This document shows positions 38,807-49,214 of a stretch of DNA of 64,000 nt, piece after piece. Under the pieces are notes generated by a model. That model was given only the letters and a program-made list of their open reading frames with translations. It made no database searches and was not told the DNA's origin. The position numbers were made by a program, and so were the translations under genes. Source of the stretch: Gemmatimonadota bacterium (GTDB lineage: Bacteria; Gemmatimonadota; Gemmatimonadetes; Palauibacterales; KS3-K002); NCBI GenBank assembly GCA_039586795.1, contig JBDHJS010000032.1, forward strand, positions 1 to 64,000. Direction: 5' to 3'. Each line of letters begins with the position of its first letter. The first letter of the stretch is position 1.

Positions 38807-40012
38807 ATGGCCAAGGGCAAGTCGGAGACTGATTGGGGAATCGCGACTCGTGTAATCCACGCGGCAACCGGTGGCGGCATGGCGGTCGGTCCCGGTGGCG
38901 GAGCATCCGTAGCCGCCCCCATATGGCAAACGTCCACCTTCGAATTCGGCAAGCCTGAGGAGGTAGCGGGCGCAGCAACGGCTACCCAGCCGGAGACGTT
39001 CTATACCCGTTATGGGAATCCCAACTTCAGCGCTGTCCAGGAAGCGATAGCTGTCCTCGAGGGTGGAGATGCGGCTCTGGTGACTGCGTCCGGTATGGCC
39101 GCGATCATGTTGGTTTATCTCGGGCTTTTGAAGAACGGGGACCACCTGGTTGCTCAGACATGCCACTACGTGGGGACGATGAAGGCGTTGGAGGTCTGGT
39201 TGCCTCGCTACGGGATCGAAGTCACCATGGTGGACCAGACGGATCTGAACGCTTTCGCCGACGCGATCCGTCCGAACACGCGCCTCATCTATTTGGAGAC
39301 GCCGACCAACCCAACGCTTACCGTTACCGACATTGCAGGCGTCGCCGGGATCGCCCGGGAGCGTGGCATCCTGACGTGCCTGGACAACACTTTCGCCACG
39401 CCGATCAACCAGCGGCCTCTCGAACACGGGATCGACTTGGTCGTCCACAGTGCAACCAAGTACCTGGGCGGTCACAGCGACATCACGGCGGGTTTCGTTG
39501 TGGGAAGCAACGAGCTAATCGAGCAGCTCTGGTTCGGGCATATCATTCATGGCGGCATCTCGCATCCGTTCGAGTCCTGGCTTCTGGGTCGCGGACTTCA
39601 GACGCTCCCGTTCCGAGTTGCTCGCCACAACGCGAATGCTGTGGCGATGGCCGAGTTCCTCGAGGGCCATGCCGCGGTCGAGCGCGTGTACTACCCGGGC
39701 CTCGCATCACACCCGCAGCACGAGCAAGCCAAGAAGCAGATGGATGGCTTCGGCGGAATGGTGGTGTTCGAGCTGGCGGGCGGATTCGATGCGGCCCGTG
39801 ATTTTGCCGCTCGTATGGAGCTGGCGCGTCGGGCGGTCAGTCTCGGTGGAACGGAGACGCTGGCCGTACATGCTGCTTCGATGATCCATGCACGGCTCAC
39901 ACCTGAGCAGCGCGCCGCGGCGGGCATCTCTGAGAACCTGATTCGGGTGTCGATCGGGCTCGAGGATCCTGAAGATATCATCGCTGATTTCGATCGGGCG
40001 CTGACCGGTTAA
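38807..40012 (+). CDS. PLP-dependent trans-sulfuration enzyme (Met gamma-lyase / cystathionine gamma-synthase family)
   Basis: YTRYGNP, ETPTNP, DNTFATP and SATKYLGGHSD motifs. Confidence 0.93.
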   Translation: MAKGKSETDWGIATRVIHAATGGGMAVGPGGGASVAAPIWQTSTFEFGKPEEVAGAATATQPETFYTRYGNPNFSAVQEAIAVLEGGDAALVTASGMAAIMLVYLGLLKNGDHLVAQTCHYVGTMKALEVWLPRYGIEVTMVDQTDLNAFADAIRPNTRLIYLETPTNPTLTVTDIAGVAGIARERGILTCLDNTFATPINQRPLEHGIDLVVHSATKYLGGHSDITAGFVVGSNELIEQLWFGHIIHGGISHPFESWLLGRGLQTLPFRVARHNANAVAMAEFLEGHAAVERVYYPGLASHPQHEQAKKQMDGFGGMVVFELAGGFDAARDFAARMELARRAVSLGGTETLAVHAASMIHARLTPEQRAAAGISENLIRVSIGLEDPEDIIADFDRALTG

Positions 40013-40015
40013 CTC

Positions 40016-40089
40016 AATACTCAACACCTAACACCTAACGCTCAATGTCCAAGTGATGATTGAGCGTTAGTTGTTAGGTGTTGAGCATT
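40016..40089. repeat. Long inverted repeat built from heptamer units
   Basis: 40020..40046 pairs with 40059..40085 at 26 of 27 positions; 12-nt loop. Confidence 0.9.
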
Positions 40090-40100
40090 ATATTTCGCCG

Positions 40101-40130
40101 TTGACACCGGTCGGGCTACCGCCGTACAGT
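40101..40130 (+). promoter_or_regulatory. sigma70-type promoter for the S41 peptidase gene
   Basis: TTGACA-18 nt-TACAGT. Confidence 0.55.
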
Positions 40131-40165
40131 CACTCGCTGCCAATCATCATCCAGGAACTCACCAA

Positions 40166-43100
40166 ATGATGGATGAACCGACCATGCGCATACGACCCAT
40201 ATTTGTGATTGCACTGCTCGCGTTTGCCTCATCTTCGGCGACGGCCCAGGAAGAGCGCCCCTTTGCCCGTTTTCCGTCCGTAAGCCCCGATGGAAGAATC
40301 GTGGCATTCTCCTACCAGGGCGACATCTGGACGGTGCCGGTGGATGGCGGTCGGGCGACCCGGCTGACGATCCACGAGGCCTATGAGAGCTATCCGCGTT
40401 GGAGCCCCGACGGCGGACGAATCGCTTTCGTCAGCGATCGCTACGGCTCGGACGACATATTCGTTATGGATGCGACGGGCAGCGGGGTGACGCGCCTCAC
40501 GTTCCATTCGGCGGCTGACGTACTTGGCGGCTGGACGCCGGACGATCGCCTGTTGTTTCAAACGCGGCGAACGTACGCGCAGGTTGAACGCGAGCCCGAG
40601 ATCTACGAGGTATCAGTTGCCGGCGGCACGCCGAACCGCTTGCTGAATGGGCTGGGTTTCACGCCACGCATGTCGCCGGACGGTCGCTTCATCGCGTTCG
40701 TATTTCGGACGAATGGAGAGTTCCGAAAAGGATACGTCGGTCCTGCGAACAAGGACATCTGGGTCTACGACACACAGGCCAACCGTTACACGCGATTCAC
40801 GAACTACGACGGAAATGACTTTCGGCCGGAGTGGGTGGGCTCGCGGACGCTTTTGTTCGTCAGCGAGCGAGACGGAACCTACAACGTGTATCGCCGAGGC
40901 ATAGACGACAATGGGGACGCTTCGGGAAGTGCCGAGCAGGTTACGAGCTTCACTGGGGACGGTGTGCGTACGTTCGGAGTCAGCGCCGACGGCGCGACGC
41001 TCGTTCTCGAGAGACAAACCGATCTGTACGTAATGCGTGGTGGCGGTGCTCCCGCGCTTCTAGGGATCGACGTCCCCGCCGACGATCGTTTCGACCCGGT
41101 GGAGCGCCGCACTTTCACGAATCAGGCGAGCAGCTTTGATATATCGCCGGATGGGAAGCTGATTGCGTTTGTCGTGCGTGGTGAATTGTTCGTGACGGAG
41201 AACGACAGCGAGAAGAACCGCACCGTGAGGCTCACCAGCCACCCGTATCGCGACCTGGATGCGATGTGGACCAGCGATTCGACGCTCATATTCGCGTCGG
41301 ATCGAGAGGGGCAGTTCGATCTCTACATGCTGGAATCGGCCGACCCGGATGAGTCGAATCTGTTTCGGAGCTTGAAACACCGCGCCGTCCGGCTCACTGA
41401 CTCCGAGGAGGATGAGCGGCTCTACTCGCTGTCTCCGGACTATTCGAAGCTCGCCTTCGGCCGCGGACGTGGAGAGCTGGTGGTCGCTGAGATAGAGGGC
41501 GGGCGCCTGGGCGGCGAACGCGTTTTGCTTGATGGTTGGGATACCCCGGGCGGCGTGTCGTGGAGCCCAGACGGCCGCTGGTTGGCCTACTCGCTGGACG
41601 ACCTGGATTTCAATACCGAGATCTACATACACGCTGCGGATGACTCCGGCGAGCCGGTGAATTTCACCAAGCATCCAAAGGGTGATTACTCTCCGGTCTG
41701 GAGCAAGGACGGCAGCAAGCTCGGCTTCATCTCGGCACGCAACAACGGCGACGCCGATATTTGGTTCGTCTGGCTCCGCCACGAGGATTGGCAGAAGACG
41801 CAACAGGATTGGGAGGAACAAGACGGAGAAGAAGAGGACGGCGAGGACGACGGCGATAGTGACGAGCCCGAGCCGATCGAGATCGACTTCGAACGTATCC
41901 ACGAACGGCTCGTTCAGGTTACCTCGTTGCCGGGCAACGAGTCGGACCTCGCAGTATCGGAGGACGGCGAGACCTTCTTTTTCGTCAACAATCGCTCGGG
42001 TCGAGCGTTCTTCGAGGCCGATCAGGACCTCTATAAGGTGAAATGGGACGGCACTGATATGGAGGCGCTCACGACCGGAGGCCAATCGCCCTTCGGAGTA
42101 TGGCTCGGGCCGGATGGTAAATACCTCTACATGGGGCGTTCCGGTGGCCGGCTTGCTCGGGTGAAGACCGACGGTGGAAGGGTCGAGGGGTTGCCCTTCT
42201 CGGCACGTGTAGAGATTGACTACCCGGAAGAACGACGGCAGGTGTTCGGTGAGGCGTGGCGCGTGTTGAGGGACGGTTTTTACGACCCGAACTTCCACGG
42301 TCTCGATTGGGAAACCGCTGGAGAGAAGTATGGCGCCTGGGCGGACTTGGCCTCGACCAACCGTGATTTTCGGGACGTATTCAACATGCTGCTCGGCGAA
42401 CTGAATGCCAGCCACTTGGGCCTGTACGGACCGGACCGCGCCGAGACCCAAACCGAACGCACCGGATTGCTGGGTGTCGAGGTCGACCCCGTTGCTGATG
42501 GCGTCCTGGTCGAACGCGTGATCCCGGACTCGCCGGCGGATCGTGAGGCCAGTCGGCTGTTCGAGGGCGACGTCATTACTGCGGTCGAAGGAGTTCCCGT
42601 CGCCGGCTCGAACTTCTACGCTCTGCTGGTCGACCGCGTCAGTCAGAAGACCGTGCTCACGGTTCGCGGAAGCGGCGGAGCCGGGCGCGATGTCGTGATC
42701 CGGCCGACCGGTAGCCTGCGTGGAAACCTGTATGAGGAGTGGGTGCGAGATCGTAGGGAGCTCACCGAGAGCTACTCGAATGGCCGGTTGGGCTATATCC
42801 ACGTCCAGGGTATGAATTGGCCGAGCTTCGAGAGGTTCGAGCGCGAGCTGGTCGCCAGCGGCGAAGGCAAGGATGGCATAGTGGTCGACGTCCGCTACAA
42901 CGGCGGTGGCTGGACTACGGACTACTTGATGGCCGTGCTGACGGTTCAGCAGCACGCGTATACTGTTCCCCGAGGTGCGGCGAATAATCTACAGCAGCAG
43001 CACACGGAATTTCGCGCGCACTATCCGTACGGCGAGCGGCTTCCGCTGGCCGCGTGGACGAAGCCGGCAGTCGCTCTGTGCAACGCGAGCTCGTTCTCAA

Positions 43101-43393
43101 ACGCCGAAATCTTCTCCCATGCTTTCAAGACACTCGGCAGGGGTACCCTGGTTGGTGAGCCAACCTTCGGCGCCGTGATCTCTACCGGCGGCGCCGGCCT
43201 GATCGACGGCTCTTTCGTGCGTCTGCCGTTCCGCGGCTGGTACGTGAAGGCGACTGACGAGAACATGGAGAACGGTCCGGCGGTGCCCGATATCGTCATC
43301 GAGACGCGGCCGGATTCTCGCGCCGAGGGTGAGGACGCGCAGCTCCGCGCGGCGGTGCGTGAATTGCTGCGGCAGATTGACGGCGAGGGTTGA
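40166..43393 (+). CDS. Tricorn-like S41 peptidase (beta-propellers, PDZ, S41 domain)
   Basis: Signal peptide, many SPDG repeats, ELNASH, DVRYNGGG and SFSNAE motifs. Confidence 0.94.
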   Translation: MMDEPTMRIRPIFVIALLAFASSSATAQEERPFARFPSVSPDGRIVAFSYQGDIWTVPVDGGRATRLTIHEAYESYPRWSPDGGRIAFVSDRYGSDDIFVMDATGSGVTRLTFHSAADVLGGWTPDDRLLFQTRRTYAQVEREPEIYEVSVAGGTPNRLLNGLGFTPRMSPDGRFIAFVFRTNGEFRKGYVGPANKDIWVYDTQANRYTRFTNYDGNDFRPEWVGSRTLLFVSERDGTYNVYRRGIDDNGDASGSAEQVTSFTGDGVRTFGVSADGATLVLERQTDLYVMRGGGAPALLGIDVPADDRFDPVERRTFTNQASSFDISPDGKLIAFVVRGELFVTENDSEKNRTVRLTSHPYRDLDAMWTSDSTLIFASDREGQFDLYMLESADPDESNLFRSLKHRAVRLTDSEEDERLYSLSPDYSKLAFGRGRGELVVAEIEGGRLGGERVLLDGWDTPGGVSWSPDGRWLAYSLDDLDFNTEIYIHAADDSGEPVNFTKHPKGDYSPVWSKDGSKLGFISARNNGDADIWFVWLRHEDWQKTQQDWEEQDGEEEDGEDDGDSDEPEPIEIDFERIHERLVQVTSLPGNESDLAVSEDGETFFFVNNRSGRAFFEADQDLYKVKWDGTDMEALTTGGQSPFGVWLGPDGKYLYMGRSGGRLARVKTDGGRVEGLPFSARVEIDYPEERRQVFGEAWRVLRDGFYDPNFHGLDWETAGEKYGAWADLASTNRDFRDVFNMLLGELNASHLGLYGPDRAETQTERTGLLGVEVDPVADGVLVERVIPDSPADREASRLFEGDVITAVEGVPVAGSNFYALLVDRVSQKTVLTVRGSGGAGRDVVIRPTGSLRGNLYEEWVRDRRELTESYSNGRLGYIHVQGMNWPSFERFERELVASGEGKDGIVVDVRYNGGGWTTDYLMAVLTVQQHAYTVPRGAANNLQQQHTEFRAHYPYGERLPLAAWTKPAVALCNASSFSNAEIFSHAFKTLGRGTLVGEPTFGAVISTGGAGLIDGSFVRLPFRGWYVKATDENMENGPAVPDIVIETRPDSRAEGEDAQLRAAVRELLRQIDGEG

Positions 43394-43408
43394 ATAGGGC
43401 CGTATCGT

Positions 43409-44065
43409 ATGGGCTATCGCGTCCGGAGCAGGGCAGGCGCCGGGCAGTTGCTGCTTACAGTAGCGTTTGCTGCCTGCGGGAGCCACACCGTAGACTCTGA
43501 CTCGCCGTCTGCTGTCGAGGACTGTTGCAGCGAATTCGACTACGTGCTCGAGGTCACGATCTTCCAGATCGACGTGGTGCATCTGTATCTGCGTGTCGAT
43601 CCTGAGACAGGTCTGGCCGTCTCGAGCTTGGTGTCGCGCGGCAGTCGCTCACGAGCGTTGGAAGATTCAGTCGTCGAAGCACTGCTTAGGACTCCGAGCG
43701 CCTACGCGCGTATGACTTTTCTGATGGAAATGTCGGCCGAGCGGTTTCTGGACAACACTATAGAGACCCTCGAGGGGATGGGTGAAGAGGGTTTGCTGAC
43801 CGCTGCCGAGGTCGATAACCTCGTCCGATCGGCTCGGCGGCGGTTTGCGTTTCTCAATGAATCCGGCATCACGGCAGGCGACTATCTCGAACAATTGCTC
43901 CACGGCGACTCGCTCAAAACGCGATTCTTCAGGGAAGACGGCGAACGTAGCATGGAGGATGTGCAGATTGGACGCGCGCACAGGATCGCGCTGCTGGGGT
44001 CTTATTTCTCGGAAGCGTCAGACTTCCGAGACGGTCTGCTCGATCAGGTGTTCGGGTCCAGATGA
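43409..44065 (+). CDS. Hypothetical lipoprotein, paralogue of 2..445
   Basis: Lipobox FAAC; colinear similarity to the first ORF of the window. Confidence 0.75.
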   Translation: MGYRVRSRAGAGQLLLTVAFAACGSHTVDSDSPSAVEDCCSEFDYVLEVTIFQIDVVHLYLRVDPETGLAVSSLVSRGSRSRALEDSVVEALLRTPSAYARMTFLMEMSAERFLDNTIETLEGMGEEGLLTAAEVDNLVRSARRRFAFLNESGITAGDYLEQLLHGDSLKTRFFREDGERSMEDVQIGRAHRIALLGSYFSEASDFRDGLLDQVFGSR

Positions 44066-44171
44066 AGAGCAAGGACCGCGAACTCGAACGTCCTCCTGGA
44101 GGCCTGTTCGTTCGCCGAGTTGGCCGGCTCGCTCCCTTCCGCGTCATGACCGCATCACATAGCGGACCTCG

Positions 44172-45128
44172 ATGAGTGTCACGGCGGCCCCCTCGTCGGC
44201 AGATGTATTGATCGTCGAATCGGCGACGCGGCGGTGGGGTGAACGCGTCGCGCTCGACAGCGTCACGTTCAGCGTGCGTGCTGGAGAGCTCTTCGCGCTA
44301 ATCGGCCCAAACGGTGCCGGGAAGACCACTCTCATCCGCGCCGTCACCGGGCGGGCGCCGCTCGATGACGGCCGAATCGAGATTCGTGGGCCGGAAGCGT
44401 CTGGCTCGAGCAAAGGAGCGTCGTTGGGGCTCGTGCCACAGTCTCTTGCTATCTACACGCATCTCACGCCGCGTGAAAACCTCTCCGTCTTCGCACGACT
44501 GGCCGCAATGCCGCCTGGTGTTATCGAGGATGCCGTTCAGGCTGCGCTCGAACGCGTGGGTCTGGAATCGAGGGCGGGTGACCGCACATCTAGCTTGTCA
44601 GGCGGTATGCAACGCCGCCTGAATATCGCGGCGGGAATCCTTCACAACCCTCCATTGCTACTGCTGGACGAACCCACGGTTGGTGTGGACGTGGTCGCAC
44701 GTGAAACCATCCACGACGTGCTGCGCAAGCTGCGACGCCTGGGTATGGCGATACTCCTTACGACGCACGATCTGGATCAAGCGGGTGAGCTGGCCGATCG
44801 TGTGGGCGTGCTATCGCATGGACGGCTGCTTGCGACTGATACCCCCACCCGTCTCATCGCCGAGACCTTCGGGTCGAAGCGAGAACTCTTAGTGACACTG
44901 CACGACGCCCCGAGTCCCTCCGCACAGAGGGCCCTCGAAGGCTACGGGCTGCGCAGCGCGAACGGTGGTACTGTCTGGGGCGGGCAGCTTATGGGCGGAC
45001 TGGATCAGGTTTCGATACTGGAGGACACGCTCGCCGAAGCCGGCGCGAACGTAGACGAAGTGCGGATCCGCGAACCGTCTCTCCGCAGCGTGTTCTTCAA
45101 CCTCACCGGCGAGGACGTGGCCCCATGA
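44172..45128 (+). CDS. ABC transporter ATP-binding protein
   Basis: GPNGAGKT, LSGGM and LLLDEPT motifs. Confidence 0.95.
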   Translation: MSVTAAPSSADVLIVESATRRWGERVALDSVTFSVRAGELFALIGPNGAGKTTLIRAVTGRAPLDDGRIEIRGPEASGSSKGASLGLVPQSLAIYTHLTPRENLSVFARLAAMPPGVIEDAVQAALERVGLESRAGDRTSSLSGGMQRRLNIAAGILHNPPLLLLDEPTVGVDVVARETIHDVLRKLRRLGMAILLTTHDLDQAGELADRVGVLSHGRLLATDTPTRLIAETFGSKRELLVTLHDAPSPSAQRALEGYGLRSANGGTVWGGQLMGGLDQVSILEDTLAEAGANVDEVRIREPSLRSVFFNLTGEDVAP

Positions 45129-46234
45129 GCTGGGCGGTGTTTCGAGTGATGCTTTTGGGCTTGATTCGGGATCGTGGTGCCCTCGCCATGACGTTCTTGG
45201 TTCCGTCCGTCTTCTTCCTCGTCTTCGCATCGATCTTCGCCGCCTCGAGTGGAGGCAATTTCCGCCCCCGAGTCGCCGTCGGGTACGATTCCGGCTCCCC
45301 CTGGACGGGTGAGTTCGTGACGGAATTGCGTTCTGAAGATGCTCTGGATATCACCAGGGTTTACGAGGACGATGCGGATAGCGTGCGCGATCTGGTCCGC
45401 CATGGTCGTGTCGACGTTGGTCTCTTGATAGAGAGTGACCCTGACAATCCCGACCGACCAGGCTTCGTGATCGTCCATGATCCCGCTCGAAATGTGGCGT
45501 CACAGATCCTCACTGCCAGTATTCAGCGGGCCTATGCGGTCACGTTCGTGATTCCGAAGCCGGCAGCGGGACAGCTTCCATCGTTCGCTCCGACGATCGA
45601 CATTCAGGCCGCGACCGGAGGTGCGGCGGGCTCGAATGAGGTCGCCTACTCAGCGGGCGCGGTCGCTTTGCTGTTCTTGCTGCTGTCAGCAGTGCACGGT
45701 GCCGTTTCATTGTTCGAAGAACGCGACAGTGGGATCATTGAGCGTTTGGTCGCTGGGCCGGCGGGAACGCGGCCCCTGGTGGACGGGAAGTTTCTCTACC
45801 TCACGGTCCTTGGGATCGTCCAGATCTTTGTTATCTTCGCGTTGGCTTGGCTCGTGTACGGCGTAAATGTGCCGTCGCGCTGGCTGCCATGGCTTGTTAT
45901 CAGCGTGGCGGCGGCGGCGTCTGCTGCGGGACTGGCTCTGGCGTTGACCACTTTGTTTCCCACGCGGCACCAGGCGCTGACGTTTGCCAACGTGACCGTG
46001 CTCATCATGTGCGCCCTCGGTGGAAGCATGATCCCGCGATTTCTGATGCCGCCGTTGTTGCGGCAGGCGGGTTGGGTCACGCCGAACGCTTGGGCCCTGG
46101 AAGCCTACACGTCCATCTTCTGGCGCGGGGATCCATTGACAGCGCTCGGGTTACCGTTGTCTCTTCTTGCGGTCGCTGCGCTAGTTGGTCTCATGCTGGC
46201 GCGCCGAAACGCTCGGCGCCTGGAAGCGCTTTAA
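45125..46234 (+). CDS. ABC-2 type exporter permease
   Basis: EERDSG motif, six-TM pattern, ATGA overlap. Confidence 0.92.
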   Translation: MSWAVFRVMLLGLIRDRGALAMTFLVPSVFFLVFASIFAASSGGNFRPRVAVGYDSGSPWTGEFVTELRSEDALDITRVYEDDADSVRDLVRHGRVDVGLLIESDPDNPDRPGFVIVHDPARNVASQILTASIQRAYAVTFVIPKPAAGQLPSFAPTIDIQAATGGAAGSNEVAYSAGAVALLFLLLSAVHGAVSLFEERDSGIIERLVAGPAGTRPLVDGKFLYLTVLGIVQIFVIFALAWLVYGVNVPSRWLPWLVISVAAAASAAGLALALTTLFPTRHQALTFANVTVLIMCALGGSMIPRFLMPPLLRQAGWVTPNAWALEAYTSIFWRGDPLTALGLPLSLLAVAALVGLMLARRNARRLEAL

Positions 46235-46258
46235 GCGGCCGGCAGCGGTTGATATACT
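46230..46258 (+). promoter_or_regulatory. Possible crtZ promoter (extended -10)
   Basis: TTTAAG-17 nt-TATACT with TG at the extended -10 position. Confidence 0.45.
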
Positions 46259-46274
46259 GAGCCAGGAGAAACGG

Positions 46275-46754
46275 ATGTCAGTACTGCTTAACAGTCTTCT
46301 GTTCCTAGGCGCTTTCGCCGGTATGGAACTCGTCGCGTACGTGACGCACAAGTACGTGATGCACGGCTTCCTTTGGAACCTGCATGAGTCCCACCACGTC
46401 TATCACGATGGTTGGTTCGAAAAGAACGACCTCTTCGGAGTTCTCTTTGCGATCCCATCGATTGTGCTCATCTACTTCGGTGTGAATCACTATTCGCCGT
46501 TGCTGTGGGTCGGCTTCGGGATGACCGCTTACGGCGCTGCGTACTTCGCTTTCCACGACATCATCGTCCACCGGCGAGTCAAGATACCCTACAAGGCGAA
46601 GAACGCTTACATGCGGCGGATCGTACAGGCGCATCGTATGCACCATGCGACGGTCGAACGCGCTGGGGCCGTGTCGTTTGGGTTTCTTTATGCGCCGGGG
46701 CTCGAGCGTCTGAAAGCGCAGCGCGAACGGATCGCCGCCGAGGGATCCGAATAG
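46275..46754 (+). CDS. crtZ: Beta-carotene hydroxylase
   Basis: HKYVMHG, HESHH, FEKND, HDIIVH, HRMHH and VSFGF motifs. Confidence 0.94.
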   Translation: MSVLLNSLLFLGAFAGMELVAYVTHKYVMHGFLWNLHESHHVYHDGWFEKNDLFGVLFAIPSIVLIYFGVNHYSPLLWVGFGMTAYGAAYFAFHDIIVHRRVKIPYKAKNAYMRRIVQAHRMHHATVERAGAVSFGFLYAPGLERLKAQRERIAAEGSE

Positions 46755-46755
46755 C

Positions 46756-47697
46756 TCACGCGTCTTCCTGCGGGATGGGCCACAATCCAGCACGCTCCTC
46801 AGCCATACGGTTCCCGACGACCTGACGGCCGGTCGTATGGGCGACGGCGATCACCACCCATCTTAGCTTCCCCGCGAGCGAGATGGACACTCGTTCATCC
46901 CACGCGTTTTGCCCGAGCCTTCGAACAACGTGACCGATGTCTCGGTAGATGAGTCGCGCGGCTGCTATAGACCAGGCGGAACGGAAGGGCAACTGCGCGA
47001 TACCCACCAGGGCAGAGGTGTAATATCGCTCGGCCTCATCGAGCAACTTCCCGATGGCCACCGCGAGTGGCGCACGGTACTCCGAGTGTGTAATGCGGTC
47101 GGGATCGATTCCGCTTTCGCGAATCCACTGTCGAGGGACGTACACGCGACCCGCGTCAGCGTCGCCGATGACATCGCGCGCGATGTTCGTCAGTTGGAAC
47201 GCAATACCTAGATCGGCCGCCCGGTCCAGAGCGTCGCGGTCTCGCACGCCCATGATGCGGGCCATCATCACGCCGACGACCCCGGCAACGTGATAGCAGT
47301 AGCGGATCGTATCATCCAGGGTGTCGAAGTCGTCGCCACGCACGTCCATGGCGAAGCCGTCCAGGTGGGCGAACGGGTAGATCTCCGGCATGTCGTACTC
47401 CGCGACGACGCGGCTCAGCGCTCGGAACGGCACCTCCTCGACCGGCTCGCCCGCCAGGGCCAGACGCGTCTGCTCGGTCAGGTACTCGAGGACGTCGGCG
47501 GGCGGTCTTTCATGCGATTCATCCGCGAATCCCAGTTTCTGTCCGTCCACGCAGTCGTCACAGTAGCGGCACCACGTATAGAGCAAATGGGCGCTGTTGC
47601 GAATCGGTGCGGGAAGAAGTAAAGACGCGGTGAAGAAGCTCTTCGAGCCTTTTGCGATGGTCTTACGACTCTCCCGGAGCACTGCGTCGGTGGTCAT
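46756..47697 (-). CDS. crtB: Phytoene synthase
   Basis: GSKSF, CDDCVD, YCYHVAGVVG and QLTNIARD motifs. Confidence 0.95.
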   Translation of the reverse strand: MTTDAVLRESRKTIAKGSKSFFTASLLLPAPIRNSAHLLYTWCRYCDDCVDGQKLGFADESHERPPADVLEYLTEQTRLALAGEPVEEVPFRALSRVVAEYDMPEIYPFAHLDGFAMDVRGDDFDTLDDTIRYCYHVAGVVGVMMARIMGVRDRDALDRAADLGIAFQLTNIARDVIGDADAGRVYVPRQWIRESGIDPDRITHSEYRAPLAVAIGKLLDEAERYYTSALVGIAQLPFRSAWSIAAARLIYRDIGHVVRRLGQNAWDERVSISLAGKLRWVVIAVAHTTGRQVVGNRMAEERAGLWPIPQEDA

Positions 47698-47708
47698 CTC
47701 TCCCTTTG

Positions 47709-49214
47709 TTAGCTTTTCCCGAGGTCTTCGAGGATCAGTTTTGCCGTCGCCTTCGCAGAGCTCACCACGCCGGGCACACCGGCCCCGGGATGCGTCCCGG
47801 CTCCGACGAAGTACAGACCCCTGAAGCGGTCGTCTCGATTGTGCACGCGGAAGTAAGCACTCTGCGTCAGCACGGGCTCGAGAGAGAACGCCGATCCTTG
47901 GTACGAGTTGAGCTCGGTGACGAAGTCGCTGGGTGTGAATATACGACTCGTGACCAGATCGTCACGCAGGCCAGGAATGCACTGTGCTTCCAGGTATTCC
48001 AGGATGTGATCGCGATAACGCGGGCCTTCCACCGACCAGTCGATATCGGCTTTTCCGAGATGTGGAACCGGCGCCAGGACGTAGAACGCCTCGCAGCCAT
48101 CGGGCGCTAGAGAGGGATCGGTGACGGTCGGCACATGCAGGTAGAGTGAGGGGTCATCGGCGAGGATCCCTCGCTCGAAGATATCATCGAGTAGTTCACG
48201 ATATCGGGGTCCAAACAGCACCATGTGGTGCGCTAGCTGTGGATGCTTGGTGCGCGTTCCAAAGTAGATGAGAAAGAGCGACATGGAAAAACGACGTCTT
48301 CGCAGACGTCTGGCCTGGCGGCGCCCCCAGCTTTCGTGACCGAGAAGACGTCCGTACGTGTGAACGACATCGGCGTTGCTCGCGACGACGTCCGCCTGAA
48401 GTTCACTGCCGTCAACGAGCTTCACCCCGCGAATCTGCTTTCCCTCGGTCAGAATCTGCTCGACGGCGGTGTCAAGCAGGACCGTCCCGCCGATCGACGT
48501 GAATAAATCAGCTAGCGCACGTACAAGTGCGCCTGTGCCTCCGCGGGGGAAGAAGACGCCCCACTTGCGCTCCAGCATATGAATGAGCGTGTAGATCGCC
48601 GACGTACGAAACGGGTTTCCTCCCACCAACAGTGCATGGAAACTGTATACCTGCCGCAGGTGTGGGTCGCGAATGAATCGCGAGACGATTCCGTAGACGC
48701 TGCGATACGCCGCCAGCCGGATCAGCTGTGGCGCTACTCGAACCATGCTACCCCAGTCCAGGAAGGGTACGTCCGCCAGTTTCACGTACCCCTGCTCGAA
48801 TACCTCAGCGGCATACGCGAGGAATCGGGCATACCCATCCACATCGGGCGGGTTCTTATCGTGGATCTGCCGGTTGGTAAGCTCGAGGTCGTTGGTGTAG
48901 TCGAATCGGTAGCCGTCTTCCCATTGCAGTCGATAGAAAGGCCACACCGGCATCAGCTCCACCCAGTCATCTATCTTCTGGCCGGCGATTGTGAAGAGCT
49001 CTGTTAGCAAGTCGGGCGCGGTGATCACCGTTGGGCCCGCGTCGAAGGTGAACCCGTCCTGCTGATACACGTAGGCGCGCCCGCCGGGCCGATCACGGCG
49101 CTCAACGAGCGTCGTCGATACGCCAGCCGCCTGCAGTCGAATGGCCAGTGCTAGCCCACCAAAGCCGCTCCCGATTACAACAGCCAACCGTTGGGATCTC
49201 GGGTTCTCAGTCAT
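47709..49214 (-). CDS. crtI: Phytoene desaturase
   Basis: GSGFGG, FDAGPTVIT and GAGTHPGAGVPGV motifs. Confidence 0.96.
   Translation of the reverse strand: MTENPRSQRLAVVIGSGFGGLALAIRLQAAGVSTTLVERRDRPGGRAYVYQQDGFTFDAGPTVITAPDLLTELFTIAGQKIDDWVELMPVWPFYRLQWEDGYRFDYTNDLELTNRQIHDKNPPDVDGYARFLAYAAEVFEQGYVKLADVPFLDWGSMVRVAPQLIRLAAYRSVYGIVSRFIRDPHLRQVYSFHALLVGGNPFRTSAIYTLIHMLERKWGVFFPRGGTGALVRALADLFTSIGGTVLLDTAVEQILTEGKQIRGVKLVDGSELQADVVASNADVVHTYGRLLGHESWGRRQARRLRRRRFSMSLFLIYFGTRTKHPQLAHHMVLFGPRYRELLDDIFERGILADDPSLYLHVPTVTDPSLAPDGCEAFYVLAPVPHLGKADIDWSVEGPRYRDHILEYLEAQCIPGLRDDLVTSRIFTPSDFVTELNSYQGSAFSLEPVLTQSAYFRVHNRDDRFRGLYFVGAGTHPGAGVPGVVSSAKATAKLILEDLGKS

Noticed and set aside
41060..42955. Long antisense ORFs (also 11952..13505, 35710..36960, 24607..25656)
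   Set aside because: They lie opposite well-supported genes, have no motifs, and are expected shadows in high-GC coding DNA
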